Below are positions 1-13,683 of a stretch of DNA of 64,000 nucleotides, in pieces. Origin of the DNA: Enoplolaimus lenunculus (lineage: Eukaryota); NCBI GenBank assembly GCA_030248215.1, contig JASANG010000611.1:620001-684000 (forward strand). Direction: 5' to 3'. The first letter of the stretch is position 1; each line of letters starts with the position of its first letter. Both the position numbers and the translations under genes were made by a program. Below the pieces are notes generated by a model. That model was not told the DNA's origin. It ran no database searches and saw nothing but the letters and a program-made list of their open reading frames with translations.

Positions 1-2146
1 CAACTGTACCACTGGGCGTTGCGTTTTAGGCCCGCCCCCCTTGTTTAGTGGGCGGTCGCCATCACATGAATTCCCCTTAAATTAAACTATAAGGTGAGGA
101 GCATATTTCAAGCCGCATACATAAAGTGTCATGGTTCGCACTAAGTTGTACGAGGCAAAAACGCAACGCGTGCCGGCTACATTCTTTTCCACACAGAATG
201 CGCCCAATTACACACTCTAGTAAACGCATTATCGACTCTTGATAAAATTTACTCAAAATAGTCAACGTATGTTTGAATTTAGCAGTTACGAGATTGAAAT
301 TTTGACGTCACTGCAACCGGAGGCTACTTATGAACTATTACAAATTTACATTAGTTACCTATCATCCACCCCAACCCCCCGAAACGACAATGCACGATAA
401 ACCAATCCATGCCAACCGACCCACTGCAACAATACACCCCACCACCACAACACATTAATTCCGACCACTTTTATTCTATTTCACACTCACGTACACTTCG
501 TTAACTTTACATCCCAGTTAGGATCGTAGCCATGATTTCATTCCGTGAGGGGATACCTTTCATTTTGAAGTGTTTTTTTCGTGAGTGAGAAAATTTGGTT
601 TCGACCTCACCATCGATCAAGTTATTGTTAAGCTTGTAAATGTGCCTTGTTGTCGTCGGCAGAAATTTCCGTGATCGATATATCCCTATTGTATACTACG
701 AATCTAATCGCAATCCAAAGATATACAATGAAAATTTCACATGTCCATGTGTATAAAAACATATACAAATCACAACTACTTCCACTTTACCTACACACAC
801 TATCAATGGGTATTGTTGTTGCAATTATTGCACGTTTTACACACAGCGCATTATGTTTTTGTGGCGATCAAACTAATAGTTTCTTGCGTTTTTATCGTCG
901 TCAATTGTATAACACTTTCTCTCGTTTTTGATTTTAGTCAAGTATCTGCGTTGAATTTTTGTAACACATGTTCGTAAAGCAAACAAAAAATTGTCAAAAA
1001 GTTAGATAAATTATATATCATTTAGGGACGTGTCGATTAATCCGGCATCGGCATCGGTAATAATCGGCACTTTTCGTGAGTATCGGCATCGGCACTGCAA
1101 AAAAAATTTGCCGATTCTTTGCATATACTTTTTGCGCATGTAACAGTCAGTTGGAATGCTATCAGTTTCATTTCTGGACGCATATCTCTGTGTCTGGTCA
1201 GTAAAATTGTTATCTCTTTTGCGTTTGTGTCTCAAAAAATTAATTGAAATGAACCGTTCTTATAAAATTCTAATCGTTTATAATGGTTAGGGTTTAAGTC
1301 TTCATATAATCATGTAATGTAGTATCCTGTCGGTTAATTAAACATGGTGTACTAAAGTTGGAATCGGCACTGGTTCAGCATCGGCGAAAATACCTACATA
1401 GTTTGTGGAAAATTTAGAAACAGCCACACCTAATACTATGTATCTCACAAATTCCTTTTAAGTATTTCAAAAATACCACATCATTAGTGTTTGAACAAAA
1501 TGTGTTCAGTTTGCGCATAAAACACCAATAGCATCAGTGCGCATATCACATTCTTTCACAAAAACTTAACTGTGAAAACAAAAAGCATTTTCACAAACGA
1601 ATTCGTTCGCACCACTGGGCAAAATCACGAAACAGCAAGGCAACCAGTAATAGTTTGTTAATCGAGAGGGCAGGCAACAATCATAAACGGTGCACAGAGA
1701 ACATTTTCGTTAATTGTTTTTAATTTTGCAGAAAAAACTTTTTAAATTAATGGATCGAGAAACGCTATCCCCTGGCGTGCAGCCCACACCGACCTTCACC
1801 CCCTCCACACTTGCGACATTGTCACAAAACGCTTCTCGCACAGCTTGACGAAGCTTCAAAGTAGCTTAGCAATTTAACAAGCGCCACCGTGTGTAAATTT
1901 GCGGTATTTCACAGAACTGCTCTTTTTTGTTGTTTTTTTTCGTTTTCAACATCCGGTAAACTATTACAGTTAAAATATGCTTGCGAAAATATATCAATGA
2001 GATTTCAATAAATGAACTGTTGTTTGTCTTTCAAAGTATAGGATATAGATTGACAGCTATCTGCGGACGCTGACACTTAATCTGAAACAGGCGCATCAAG
2101 AATTGCAATTTTTCATACAACAACAACAACAATAATGCCTAATAAT

Positions 2147-2182
<36 letters not shown>

Positions 2183-3315
2183 TAATAACAATTATAATAA
2201 GTCTTCCATAATAAATTATTGACAGACCAATTTGCTTAGATTTTACTAATCTTAAAACACACTGCAAGTTTAATTTGGCAGCCGTTTTACAGTTTCAACG
2301 GTCGAGTAATTTTTTCGCAACCACAACTTGCAACGCAAACATAATAGCAGCGTCGATCGAGTAGTTTACACCATCACAAAAACGTCAGTTACAAGTTTGC
2401 GCGTAATGGCTTTGTTTTGTTTTTAAGTGGCTTACGCCGCAGCATCAGTTTTCCATAAAATATGTTTGTATAATTTTTGAAATCCTAACAAAGAAGTTAC
2501 GCCTTATATCTCAATTGATGGTACACAATGCAGTATATACTCATCGGTGGGGCTAAGCTGAAAAGTAGAACCATATTCTCAAATGGCTATAGCACTTATA
2601 TATTACAAGTTAGCAGTTGCAACATTAAAAAATAAATACCCAGCCCAGGAATTTTTCGGCAAAAATACCCGGAATAATCGGAATACTATGACCCGAATGC
2701 ACCTCTACAAGTTAGCGCGTTTTCAAATAAACAAGCCGCGGAATCTATTTTAAAGAAATTTGCAACAGCGCTTAGTTCAACTGGTGAAAAGTTATACAAC
2801 CTACGATTTATTTAAACCTTTTCAGCTAACCTACTTGTAATTTCATAAATAATGTAATGTATCATAATCAACAACAGCTCGCAAACCAATAAATCAACTT
2901 CACCTAAAACTGTTAAACCTTCCCACACAATAAATCAACAGGTATCAGTTTCTAACCAAACCACCCATACCTACCCTTTGGCTAGCACTAAAATCAATCA
3001 TTACAGTTACGTGCAATCTTACCGATCCATCGTGATTTCAGCTCTAAATCTCAACGTTAAAGTTAATAACCGACCCTGTATAACTTGAAATTCAACAGCA
3101 AACAGTCAACCGAAATATTTCAACAACCATAAACAAATATACATCCACATATATACATCCAGCTATACTCGCTGCATTATTGATTCAATATCTTTAATTC
3201 GCCTTGATACAACCGCTATAATCGTTATAAACAATTAATAATTCAGTATCCCTAAAAATACCCACACAACTGTTTGCTTTACCCGCTATTTAACGTTTCC
3301 CTCACCATCACCAGA

Positions 3316-6300
3316 ATGGGATCAACCTTCGCCGAGCGATGGCCGCTACGGCCGTTGTTTACGTTTGCAATCTTAGCAGCAATTATAACGCCAAACATCA
3401 TCAGTCAATTCCCTCAACTCATCGAAGGCACTGGCGGCGCGACACTGTGTATGTACGCGATAGTACTGGTTGCGTACGGATTACCAATGCTTTGCATTGA
3501 GGTAATACAGCTATTTTTAATCAGTATTGTTCAATTGCAATGGTTGTGGTCGTATAAACTGCAATGAAATTTCCATTCAAATCAAAGATCGTTGAGAATT
3601 GGAAAATACCAGGGTTCCAACAGAAACTAAAGTTTTACCGGAACAAGAATAGGATTCAGGAACTGAATTTTTTGCGAGAACCGGAACAGGAACCGAAGTT
3701 TGAATAAGGTTTAACACCAAGTTACTGTTGGACTTTTTAGAAAAATCACCAAAAAATGGAAATTGCAAAAACAATCATTTCGAAATGACAATTTTTCAAA
3801 GACAATGTTTCCAATATTTAAACGATTATGAATGCCAATATTTAAATGATTATTAATTATTTGCACAAAACTGAAAAAAATCCCGGTTCCTGCATCTTTT
3901 AATGTACGAACAGGATCAAGGATTTGAATTTTTGTAGCAATTAAAGTAGAACCCTGGGAAACGGCAAATCCACAGTTGAAATATAGACAAAGCTTGCAAT
4001 TCAGCGAGTTTACAAAAGCTAAACTACAAGTCGCAACGCTGCCGCAAATTTAAGAGCTTGATTGACCCGGTGGTACTGTATAATTTGTGAATTTTCAACG
4101 TTTCAGATTAGCCTAGGGCACTTCATGAAAGGACCTGTCAGTGTGTTTGGTCGCATCCCAATTTTCCAAGGCATCGGTTGGGGCATGGTTACGTTTGCTT
4201 TGATTTCGAGTACATACGAAAGCGTTGACACTGCACTGAACGGATACTATTTTTACACCGCTGCGCAAGATCCTACTATTCAAGAAATGCATCAATGTAA
4301 GCCTTTGCTGCTTCGTTTAAGTAACTCAAGAGAGGGGGGTGGGTGGCAAAATGCTCTTTTTCTAAAAATGGGTGAGGGCGCAATTACCCCTTTGCCCATC
4401 CCCGTTCAACCGCCTTTCAAACACATAAAATTACTCTAGCTGGTTTTAGTTTAATTGTAACAATACCGTTTTGTTTCTGTCACTCCAACAAATGTAAAAT
4501 GTAATATTGTAGAATGCAGAATAGCAAAACAAGAAACCAATTTATGCTACGTTTGTACTCCATTTTCATGGACAAGATTACGATGTTCATAGCTCGAGGC
4601 CAGCAACCAACTTCATGGTATTCTATGCGAAAAAATATACTAAAACCAACCTAGAACTAAGACAGCATAATAATATACGTAAGCTTAAACGTGAACATTA
4701 GCGTAGCCATATAAAACCAGTAAGAATCAATACCAAAATATTAATACATGAAACAAGTCTAAGAAAAACTGTCCACCCATAACGGCACTTCTGTCAAAAT
4801 ATACCACATAATCATGATGTATATCCGAGTTTTAAGGTCCCATGGTCCGCCCCTAGGGAAGCCCAAAAAATTTGTCAAAGTTTGACAAATTATATATATA
4901 CCATTCGATGCATTTTGCGGACCTAAGTCCAATGGTGTTAAATCTTTTGCATCAAACGTTAACAACTTATTGTCAAATAACTGATTTGGCGCACTGCCAA
5001 TACGGCCTGCAACTCACTGTCGAATTCAACAAACATTACCAATTCCCGCAATTACACATCGTTTAATTCACAGAAATAATGACGCTATTCGTTTTTTTAT
5101 AAAATTTCTAATCCGTACATCGCCGTCCGTACTCGTCCGGCTCCGGCATCATGCGCTATTACGCTCGTTTTGCTCACATATGATACCGCATGACAACGGA
5201 CGACGACGGACGATAAAAGTATAGCGCTCCACAAAGTCCGTTTCAGGTAACAACGAGTGGAATCGTCGGCCGTGTTTTACTGGTGATCAATATTCTGGCG
5301 CGTATATAAACATGTCACAGAGTTGGGCAATTGAGCAATTTTATCGACGGTTCGATCGATTGCCGTTCAAAAAATTGGAACAAGGTAGTTTGACAATGAA
5401 ACTGCTGCTAGCAGGCTATACTTTAGACTTGTTTGAGCCGTATGCCGCCTTATGTCACAAACTATTCAATTGTTAACGGGAAACGAGCGTCAATCTAAAA
5501 TGACATACGAAGGCATGCAACTAGTATAGCGAACCCTTTTAGCATTTAACTAAGAAAAAATATGACAGCGGAATAACAATACACATTGTTTCGAGTTTAT
5601 CTAACTAACTTACTACAGATGTGTCAATTCATTAAGGCTGTAGTTAAAATTTTCATGCCGAAAACCTTTAGTCAGGGTGCAACCGTAATTACAATTTACC
5701 GGACCGGAAAATGAAAAATACGTGCCACCGAAATTTTATTTTTTTACAATATTATTGGTGAAATAACCCTAGTTGGAGATAGGTATTCACTTTACCTGCT
5801 GTATTTTAGATTTTTCATAATTCACGGAAGCGAAATCTACCTTCGATGGTTTATTTTCGGCGAGTATCAAGGTGTACAAAATATCTTAATTTCCACCTTC
5901 CAAATTTTAATACCGGAATTTTTAATTTCGGTGAAAATTTGCCGGAACCGGAATGTAAAAAATTGCCGGAACCGCAATTCCGGTTGCACCCTGCCCTTAG
6001 TGCATGCTTTGGCATTTATATGATAATTAGTACATAGGTAGCTATCTACACATACTTTTGTTTCAGAGAAATTGATAAATATTTATGAAAATTGATCGCC
6101 ATTAAGAAACCCTATATTGCTAAAATTAGATCGCTTGTAACTTTTAGCGAAACGCTGTAAAACGTCCTAATTCAGAATTAAACAATTCTGCAAATTATCC
6201 TACAGCTTATAAACGGCTTAAAATTGAAACCCCCCAATGCGAGATTAACACTCCAAGATAATACGCTGCCTAACAAAAATACCAAAATTTATTCATTGGT

Positions 6301-9300
6301 TACTGATATTCGCTTCAAACAGACAGACATCCACAGTTCAACCGTCAAGTACATAAACACCGAACGCTTTGCGTGATTCCGAGTTTCGATCTGAATCCCG
6401 GTTCGCTCAGTAAAATTTAAATTTTATAATTTTAGACTCTCCACTTCGCCCTGCCGACCTTGGCGACCTTCAAATCCCTCTGTTAATTTGTACCGCCGTC
6501 ATCTGGGGCGTCGTCTTCCTATGCGTCATTTTAGGTCCACTCAGTATCGGTTTTACGTCAACGCTTTTATTTTTGGGAATCACCGGCTTATTATTTGCTG
6601 TAATGGCAAAAGGTTTTCGACTCCACGGCGCTAAAGAAGGAGTGAACGTAATGTTTACCACAGACTGGGATGTCGTCACAAATTATTCAAAGTGGAAAGA
6701 AGTTATTATGTTCACGGTGCAAACACTGGGTCTTGGCACTGGAATATTCATGACACTAGGAGGTACGACGTTACGCGTTGACCTATACACTGCATTTTAA
6801 GAAGTGTCAAAATACTAAAAGTTTCGGTTCTACCAACTGTTTTAATCTTAATTGTTTTCTAACTCCTTGAAAACAACAGATACTAGCTGTACCTGGTTGC
6901 GGATTATCAAAGCTATATACACGCTCTTGGCCATCTAAACACACTGTAATACCAAGAGCGTATAATACAATACCAATTAGTGTGACACTTAGACAACGTT
7001 AATAGCTGTTGCTATTTGTGGTATCACGTGATCTAAATATGACGGTACCCCTCCTGATCACTGAGTGGGTATAACGGCCAGTTTTGCGCACTAAATCTGT
7101 AACATAAGCAGTGCAATATGCAGTATACAATACCGTGTGCGTTCCCTGTTTTATTTGACGTTGAAAACCAGCATTGGACCCCCTCAACTGGAGGGGGTAT
7201 GACTGAAAAAGCACACGCGATGGTACACAGATCAACCGCTAAAAATTGCAAGTGTTACATTCTAATTTAATGAACTCTTGGTAATACCAAGAGTGGATTA
7301 CAAAATAAGAATGTGCAACTTGATAAATTCTGTGTACAAAAGAATGTATTCAGCACATATTGCATTTATGGCCTACTCCCCCTTATTTAGGACGTCTGTA
7401 TGCAGTTTATAATACTCTCTAGCAAACTATAGTACTCTATTCTTATTACGATAGTATTAACCACTTAAACAGAGGGGGGTCGGCAAAAAACGCAACGTCC
7501 AGTGCTACATTTTGTCCCACGCAAATTAGAGAGTTTCACTCTTGTTACAGAGTGATGATCCATTCTTGGTAATATGAATATCAAACTTGCAAGGCGTTAA
7601 TTTGATTATCTCATAAATCTATCAACTGCTTTTCCATCGTTAAAATCGTGCTCAAGATAGACAAGGTTTAGCATTCCACCAAATAAATATCCACCAAATA
7701 GAATTTACAGATTCCCAGGGCTTCACTCCGGAGACGGGGCCCGCCAATACTCAGGGATGGGAATATCAATGTCCGTCCAAAGTCTCGACAATTCCTGTGA
7801 CTCGAGCAGTCTCGATTTCAGTCTCAGATTTTGAAAAGTTTCAAATTTTTATAAGCTGTGACACTCGGTACTGGTTCCAGCAGCGTTATGATATTCATTT
7901 CATGGCTACAATCAGGGCCCACTAAGTGGAAAAGTGTACACACTGTCAATATATCTTTTGTACACACACAACAGTACGCCAATTCAGTTAAACTTAATCA
8001 ATTAGTCGATTAATTTCTGTATCATACGCAAGCAATTACAATACAAATGTAAACTGCTTAGCGCACCCACAGCCGTAACTCATCGTAACCATGGGAGTGT
8101 TTTTAAGCATGCTGCACTACTGATTTTTCCGCTTGTGGGTCGGCGTAGCGGTCCTACAGGTCCTCGTATACGCGCACCATGACAAAACGCACCCGTATAC
8201 CATTTTAGAAACCAAGTTTAAACGACCAACCGCGAATACCATTGGGGTGGGGGCCGGCAAACATCTTAAGACCAGCAACAGTGCCTTTTTCTCAAAAAAA
8301 CCTACAGTCATTCAAAATTTGAAACTTAAAATTTTTCTAGAAATATTTGGTGGCTGTTCAATAATGTTCTGAGACTCTCAAAAATGTTTCAATTCTCAGT
8401 CTTAACCCTTTCTCACATGAATATTTTCTATTCCTCCTGAGACCTACTTTTATGCTAGGATTCGAACTCCAGTGATTGAAGTGGGAGGCGTATACCATCA
8501 CCACTCAGCTATAGGAGCTTGACGCTCGAGCCCGAGGGGGCTCTCACGTCTTGTGGTGTTTAGTACTATGTGTACGTGTTGCAATTGATAAACACGGTGC
8601 GATATATACTATTTAACGTATATACACTGCGCTTAGTTGCCTACAGGCAACTCAATGTGACAAGGGGTTAAGCCGGTGAAGCGAATCTCGGTCTCAGAGT
8701 CTCCACCACTGCAAATACTAAAAACAACGGAACTTTTTTTCTTTCAATAATATATACGTTGATATAGGTTTCAATAAAAAATCTTCATGGCGGTGGATGT
8801 TACTTGAAGTCCCGTTTGTTATTGTTGTCCTACTGGTTGCAAGCTGTATCGGTGCAATTGTCTACGGATGTTATTTGGGTTATGCGCGCGCTGCATTTAC
8901 CGTTTCGACAATTGCGTCGCTGCCGAAACGCTTTGGCTCGTTCGAATTATCGCTGATGCCGATGATAATGCGACTTATTCATTCGAATCAAGCATGGTAA
9001 ATCAGTTGTATTCTCATTGTGTAAATTTGTCACGGAAACTCGACGTTCCTTTCTGCTATATAACACCGGAAATTCCGGTATTTTTTGCTCATAGTTTCAG
9101 TTTATAAGTACAGGTTAAATAAAAACATTACAGATGTCATTCCGAAAAAAAATTCGGTGAATATCGTGGCGGGACCGAGGGGGCTACCCAGGACATACCA
9201 CCCGACAGGAATTAGCCCCAAAATTTTGCATTTAAATTTAATCGTAAATCTGTGTTTGGCCACCCTATCAAACACGAAAACTCTACTTAAACACTTCTGA

Positions 9301-10985
9301 TTTCTACCAAGCGTTACTTACCACTTACGCCCAATAAAAAATTCGCAGCCGTTGCTAAAAGAAAAAAATTCACTGAAACAACTGCCAAAGAGCAGACAAA
9401 ATTTTGCAAATTGTATATTTGTATGTCTACAGAGCAACTGGATGCGACCTTCAAACCCAAACACCTGAAACTTTATTTAATCGATGAGGTTTTGACGCGA
9501 CACACTATCACTCCCGGAGAATTTCTGGCTTTCGCAGCCGTTATCTTTAATTTTATTTTACACCTGACAAACCACTTCAACCTCTAAACCAGCTACTATC
9601 AATATTAGTAGCACTGAGAAACGATACTACCTCTGTACTGCTAGTAATCGAATGTTTTGACAACAAAATTCAGGTACCTTGTCTACTACGCACTCAACAT
9701 CGGTCTCAAACTGTCAACGTTGTGCATTCTGGTCGAAGTTGTCAATACGGCGATTATTCATACCGCAGAGAACACTTGTGGCCCACGACATCGAACTAAA
9801 TTTCGACCGTTGCTAGCAATGGGCACAATTACGGCGTTATTCGCGACAAGTCTAGTGTTTTGTACTGACAAAGGAATGGAAGTCAAGCGGCTGCTAGACA
9901 GGTGACATTTAGACGCTCACGCTAGATACGTTACCACAGTGCAACGGGATACCAAATAATACCGGGGCCAGACGCTTCAATATCCGGCTCCGTTAGGCGA
10001 CAGAGCCGATGCTGGATATTGTCAACCAAATTTGAATAAAAAGTGTTGAAAATTTAATCACTCTATTTAGCATTGTATATATATATTCTTTCTTGCCGTA
10101 TTATTTGATCTCCACAAATGTTTTAGTACATATTAACTGATTATCATGATTTGATAATATATACTTATTGCTGTCAGTTCAAACAGAAGATTATCGTGCG
10201 GTATCGTAACAGAATGGCTCCATCCTTAAAGTAGTGGCGTTATACTTTTTCAAATTATTCATAGTCTTTTGGCTGTTGTTTTCGTCACCAGCCGTCATTG
10301 TGCGCTATCGTATGCAATTTGGTCGCGTACAATACTACACGATGCCGCACACTGACGGACGAACACGCACGATGGCGGCAAAGATTAAAGTAGATAAAAA
10401 GTCTACCGCCACCCTAATTCTACTTTTTTCAGCTACCTCCCAACGCTGGTGCCATGCTTCATTTTCGCTGAGATAATTGCATTTGGCGTTTGGCAAATGC
10501 AACGCATTTGGTCGTCAGTGCATTCACTATGCGTTCGCGTTTCGCTCGTTCTATTTGCAGTGATCCCGTTTGTATTCGCCATACTCGCGTCAACAGTGTA
10601 CATTCAATTTTTGTACTTTGAACGCTTTTTAGAACGCCTACGCATTTTAGTCCGTACTAGCGACAACCGTTTCATTGTCAACTCTTTGAGCGCTGCTGTC
10701 CCAAACAACAACCTTGGATGGTCTAGCGAAGGAAATTCTCTCGCGGTTGCGTCAACAACTACAATCGACGGGCGGCCAATTGCAGAATCAATTTGGTTGG
10801 GTTGCGTTATCGCTGCGATACCGCTGCTGATGGCGATTGTTGTTAGCTGTTGCCATACGGCGACTACGTGTTGTCGCGCTAAAGCACAAGACGATTCGCC
10901 GATGCGTGCACTGTGTTGCGGTTACTCTCAAGACGAATTTGAATCAAGTGAATCGTTTGAAATGAATGGAATTACAAAGTATTAA
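3316..10985 (+). CDS. Divergent SLC6 (sodium:neurotransmitter symporter, SNF) family protein, 7 exons, ~616 aa
   Basis: GT-AG exons 3316-3501, 4107-4296, 5247-5384, 6436-6762, 8768-8996, 9674-9901, 10433-10985 join in frame (1851 nt). SLC6 hallmarks: GLPMLCIEISLGHF (TM2), PIFQGIGWG (TM3), CNNEWNRRPC (EL2 disulfide motif), GAKEGV, TLGLGTGIFMTLGGFN (TM6). The ATG follows CCAG, so an upstream exon or trans-splice site is possible. Confidence 0.85.
5673..5993. mobile_element. hAT-like MITE in an SLC6 intron
   Basis: TIRs CAGGGTGCAACCG / CGGTTGCACCCTG; near-identical 8-bp flanks CCTTTAGT / CCCTTAGT; CCGGAACCGG subrepeats; a relative lies near 37955-38263. Confidence 0.65.
8406..8667. mobile_element. 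piggyBac-type MITE, copy 1, with internal tRNA-like A/B boxes
   Basis: TTAA on both sides (8402-8405, 8668-8671); termini CCCTTTCTCACAT / ATGTGACAAGGGG; near-identical copy at 37545-37807. Confidence 0.85.
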
Positions 10986-13078
10986 TATATATAGTTTTGT
11001 ATTCTGACCACGCTTACTTTGCAATCACAACACTGTACGCTGCTGTTTCAACAAGAGATCCTCAGCCAGCACAACATGCTACGGGCAGCAAAATGTTATT
11101 TTCAATAAAGAATCGCGTCAAGAATTCAGATAAGTTACAAGCGGGTTTAAAATTTTTAAAAAGAGGCTGCGCCTCTGGGCCCCTTCTGGGTACGGCTCCG
11201 AAATGCAAACTTTGCAGTCGCCAAGGCAAAATTACTGAGAAAATTAGGATTATACACTAATTTAATTGTACGATAATGTTGTCAGGTTGTCAGTACTTCT
11301 TTGAATAGATTGATTGTATCAAGTTTTGTATTCTATAACGTCAGTGTAAAACGTTGCAAATTCAAAACGTAAAAGCTAAATTTGGACTTGTCTGTATAGT
11401 TCATATGCTACAATGTCCAGTTTAACTCTTTATATGAGATATATTAGACTGCAAAAAAACTTCCAACACCACACATACCGCGAACCATACAATGTTTGTT
11501 GTAGAGTAATTTTCTGCATCGTGTCAGCAGCTTTTTTTAAAATTCACTTCAAGTTCACGGTTCCTCATTGTGTTGGCCATATTGTAAATTGCTGCTAATT
11601 AATCAACTACACCCTCATACAATTATTTAAAGTATTACAAAATTCAGCCCCAAAATCAACACGAATCATTAGTAAACGGGCAACAAAATTTCTACAGCGG
11701 GCAAGTAATATATTCAAGAATAAAATTCTTGTAATGTTTTTGATAAAACTTTCGCCCAGGCTGGTCGGAGATGTCCGTATAGACGGCGCTCTCGCTGCTG
11801 CAGCCCTGACAAAATTTCGCACAACGCAAATAACTTAAACAGAGCCATCGCAAACAATTATAGTATCAATACTGAAAATTATCTACTTTTGTAATGTACT
11901 TTTTGGATTTGCTAACTTTATTCGCTATCGCAATGTGCAATACAACCCTAATGTCGTTCTATTTTGTGTTATTTAAATAAACACTTAATCTGCTTAGAAC
12001 TCGGAGCAGCAACTAGCAAACGTAACTGCCCAGGGACCCACGGAGCCCGAGTGACGTGCAGGATGGGGGCCATGCCAGCCAGTTTTTTAATTAAAAAGTT
12101 TTTATGTTAGTTTTTTTCAGACAACACTGTTGAAAAATTTCGCACATAAACTACAAATGTATTTTTGCAAGGTTAGTAAGTGTATTTTTGCAAGGTTAGT
12201 ACGTGAACGAGCTATCCTTCTTGATGGAGGTCGTCACGCTATTAAATGTCCAAACTCGGATGGATTCAACGACAGCACACAATCCCTGACGAATGTAAGC
12301 AAGGACACCGTGATACGGACACCCCAACTTCGCAATCTGGTCCACGGCGCCTAAACTGTAGCTGTTTATTTGTTACAGCTGTGTCCAAACGCTGTTAGCC
12401 GTATTCTCTCAGAATCACGGTAAATTAGGTTACTAACGCATTAATATGTGCAAGTTTTTGCAATACGAAATATCACAAATAACAATCTGACTCTATACAA
12501 CCAGCCGCAGTGGAACTATATGTATTGAGCGCAGCTCAGACATCCATGGTCCACAACACAAGTGTATAGTAAACCCGTACGTATAACACAATAGCTTTCC
12601 TGCACAGCTCAAATATCTATATACTAATTATCGAGTAGCTCTAACAAATTTGAAAGTGTTCCAAATTAAAAATACCATATTTAAAGTTTTAATGCCCGAA
12701 AACCAGGGTGTAAACTGATAGTAAAAATAACGAAAACGGATAGTGGTCAAAATAACGGATCGAAAAACGGATACTGAACTATAAATGTTTCCAAGATGTT
12801 TTATTTTTCGGCCAACACAATTTAAGCATGCAAATATTCATAGGGCTAAAAGTCCTAATTACGGCTTAGCCAAGTTATCTAATATGCTGATTTAATTAGT
12901 GGCTAGCTATTCACTTATCTGTTTTGGAGACTTATAAACGTTACTTTCACATTCCTCGCGCCCAAAACCTTGAAATACTGAAATCAGATAGGATGTAACC
13001 CTAATAATTAGTGAAATAATATATAAAGTGCTAATTTAGGCTCAACTAATTTTTTATATTAGCTTGTAGCTAACTTAA

Positions 13079-13680
13079 GCCCTATTCACACGTGCACGTT
13101 TTTGCAGCGAACTGCTAGTATACGCAAGGAAACATCATTTTCATTCTCAATTTTGGCACGAATATATATATAAATAATTTGCAAACAGCTGCGTTAAATA
13201 TCAAGTACAAGCTATAAAATATCAGTTTAAAAAATGATGATGAATCAGTTCGACTTGCAAGGCTATTCATACCTGTGAATTAATTCTTCGCGTATATTCA
13301 TCGTCAATAAATTGCATCTGCAAGTTCTTCGAACGAATTTTTGGAAAAACTTATAGCAACAAGTTCCAGCTGCAAGAAAACTTGCGAAATACCAAGCATG
13401 TTTGATATTTCAATTAATTCAAGCTTCTTTACTAAAGTCAAATTGTCCAAATTAGTACAGGTGCGCTCAACAACAGGCTTCAGACTGGTCAATCAAAATG
13501 CACGTGCAAGAAATTTAAGCGACTTGCAACTGCGCTCAGACGTGCGAATTAAATTTAATAACACCATTCCGATTAATAATTTGCAGCTGTAAAAACTTCA
13601 AAGCCGTTTTGTTACCGAACTTGCACATGCAAGTTGCACGTGCAAGTTTTTACTGCAAAACAAGCACGTGTGAATAGGAC
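13079..13680. mobile_element. PIF/Harbinger-like non-autonomous TIR element
   Basis: Termini GCCCTATTCACACGTGC / GCACGTGTGAATAGGAC with further imperfect inverted similarity (TTTTGCAG / CTGCAAAA); flanks TAA and TAT. Confidence 0.6.
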
Positions 13681-13683
13681 TAT

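Noticed and set aside
1..3300. Short ORFs and isolated splice-like sites (for example ~610-700 on the minus strand, 1750-1849 on the plus strand)
   Set aside because: No consistent exon chain or recognisable protein.
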